Of a DNA stretch of 32,000 nt, positions 31,936 through 32,000 are shown in pieces. Made by a program: the position numbers and the translations under genes. Where the stretch lies: assembly GCA_000008085.1 (NCBI GenBank), contig AE017199.1, positions 90,001-122,000 on the forward strand, given 5' to 3'. The notes beneath the pieces were generated by a model that was not told where the DNA came from, ran no database searches, and saw only the letters and a program-made list of their open reading frames with translations. The stretch's first letter is position 1. Each line of letters starts with the position of its first letter. Origin of the DNA: Nanoarchaeum equitans Kin4-M (GTDB taxonomy: Archaea; Nanobdellota; Nanobdellia; Nanobdellales; Nanoarchaeaceae).

Positions 31936-32000
31936 TTTTGTTCGCTCTTAGTACAATCTCTTTATTTTTTTCGTCTCTAAAACAAGAGTATATGTACTTT

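Overview
This is an AT-rich (about two-thirds A+T by eye), very gene-dense archaeal chromosome segment. I count about 38 protein genes, three GC-rich 72-nt tRNA genes (Gly-GCC, Thr-UGU, Ala-UGC) and two candidate C/D-box guide sRNAs that the ORF track cannot show. The tRNAs have no introns and no encoded CCA.

Most genes are information-processing or housekeeping: uL11, eS6, aIF-1A, Pelota, HisRS, TrpRS, GatD, fibrillarin, Trm1, archaeosine TGT, Rrp42, a DRG GTPase, A/V-ATPase subunit A, FtsZ and MinD. The rest are a few surface or hypothetical proteins.

Genes abut or overlap on the same strand by 4-19 nt, and convergent genes overlap by 12-81 nt. Canonical archaeal operons are dissolved: atpA is alone beside rpl11, fibrillarin has no nop5, gatD has no gatE, and rrp42 has no rrp41 or rrp4. 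Palindromic 8-bp TATA boxes sit 18-22 nt (most 20-21) before most first-in-unit start codons and 20-21 nt before tRNA position +1, which implies leaderless mRNAs and leaderless tRNAs.

These features, together with GC-rich RNA islands in an AT-rich genome, suggest a hyperthermophilic, genome-reduced nanoarchaeon similar to Nanoarchaeum equitans. That is an inference and needs a BLAST check.

I saw no CRISPR array, IS element, prophage or split tRNA half.

The most interesting items are:
- a tandem pair of cysteine-rich, pilin-like or surface paralogues next to a divergent TrmB regulator
- a C/D sRNA whose boxes overlap the stop codons of two convergent genes
- a second C/D sRNA beside the fibrillarin gene
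- tRNA genes with no promoter space before the downstream ORF
- symmetric bidirectional TATA palindromes, one of which reveals an unlisted 44-aa ORF
- a cysteine-free, truncated archaeosine TGT
- a DRG GTPase with altered G3 and G4 motifs
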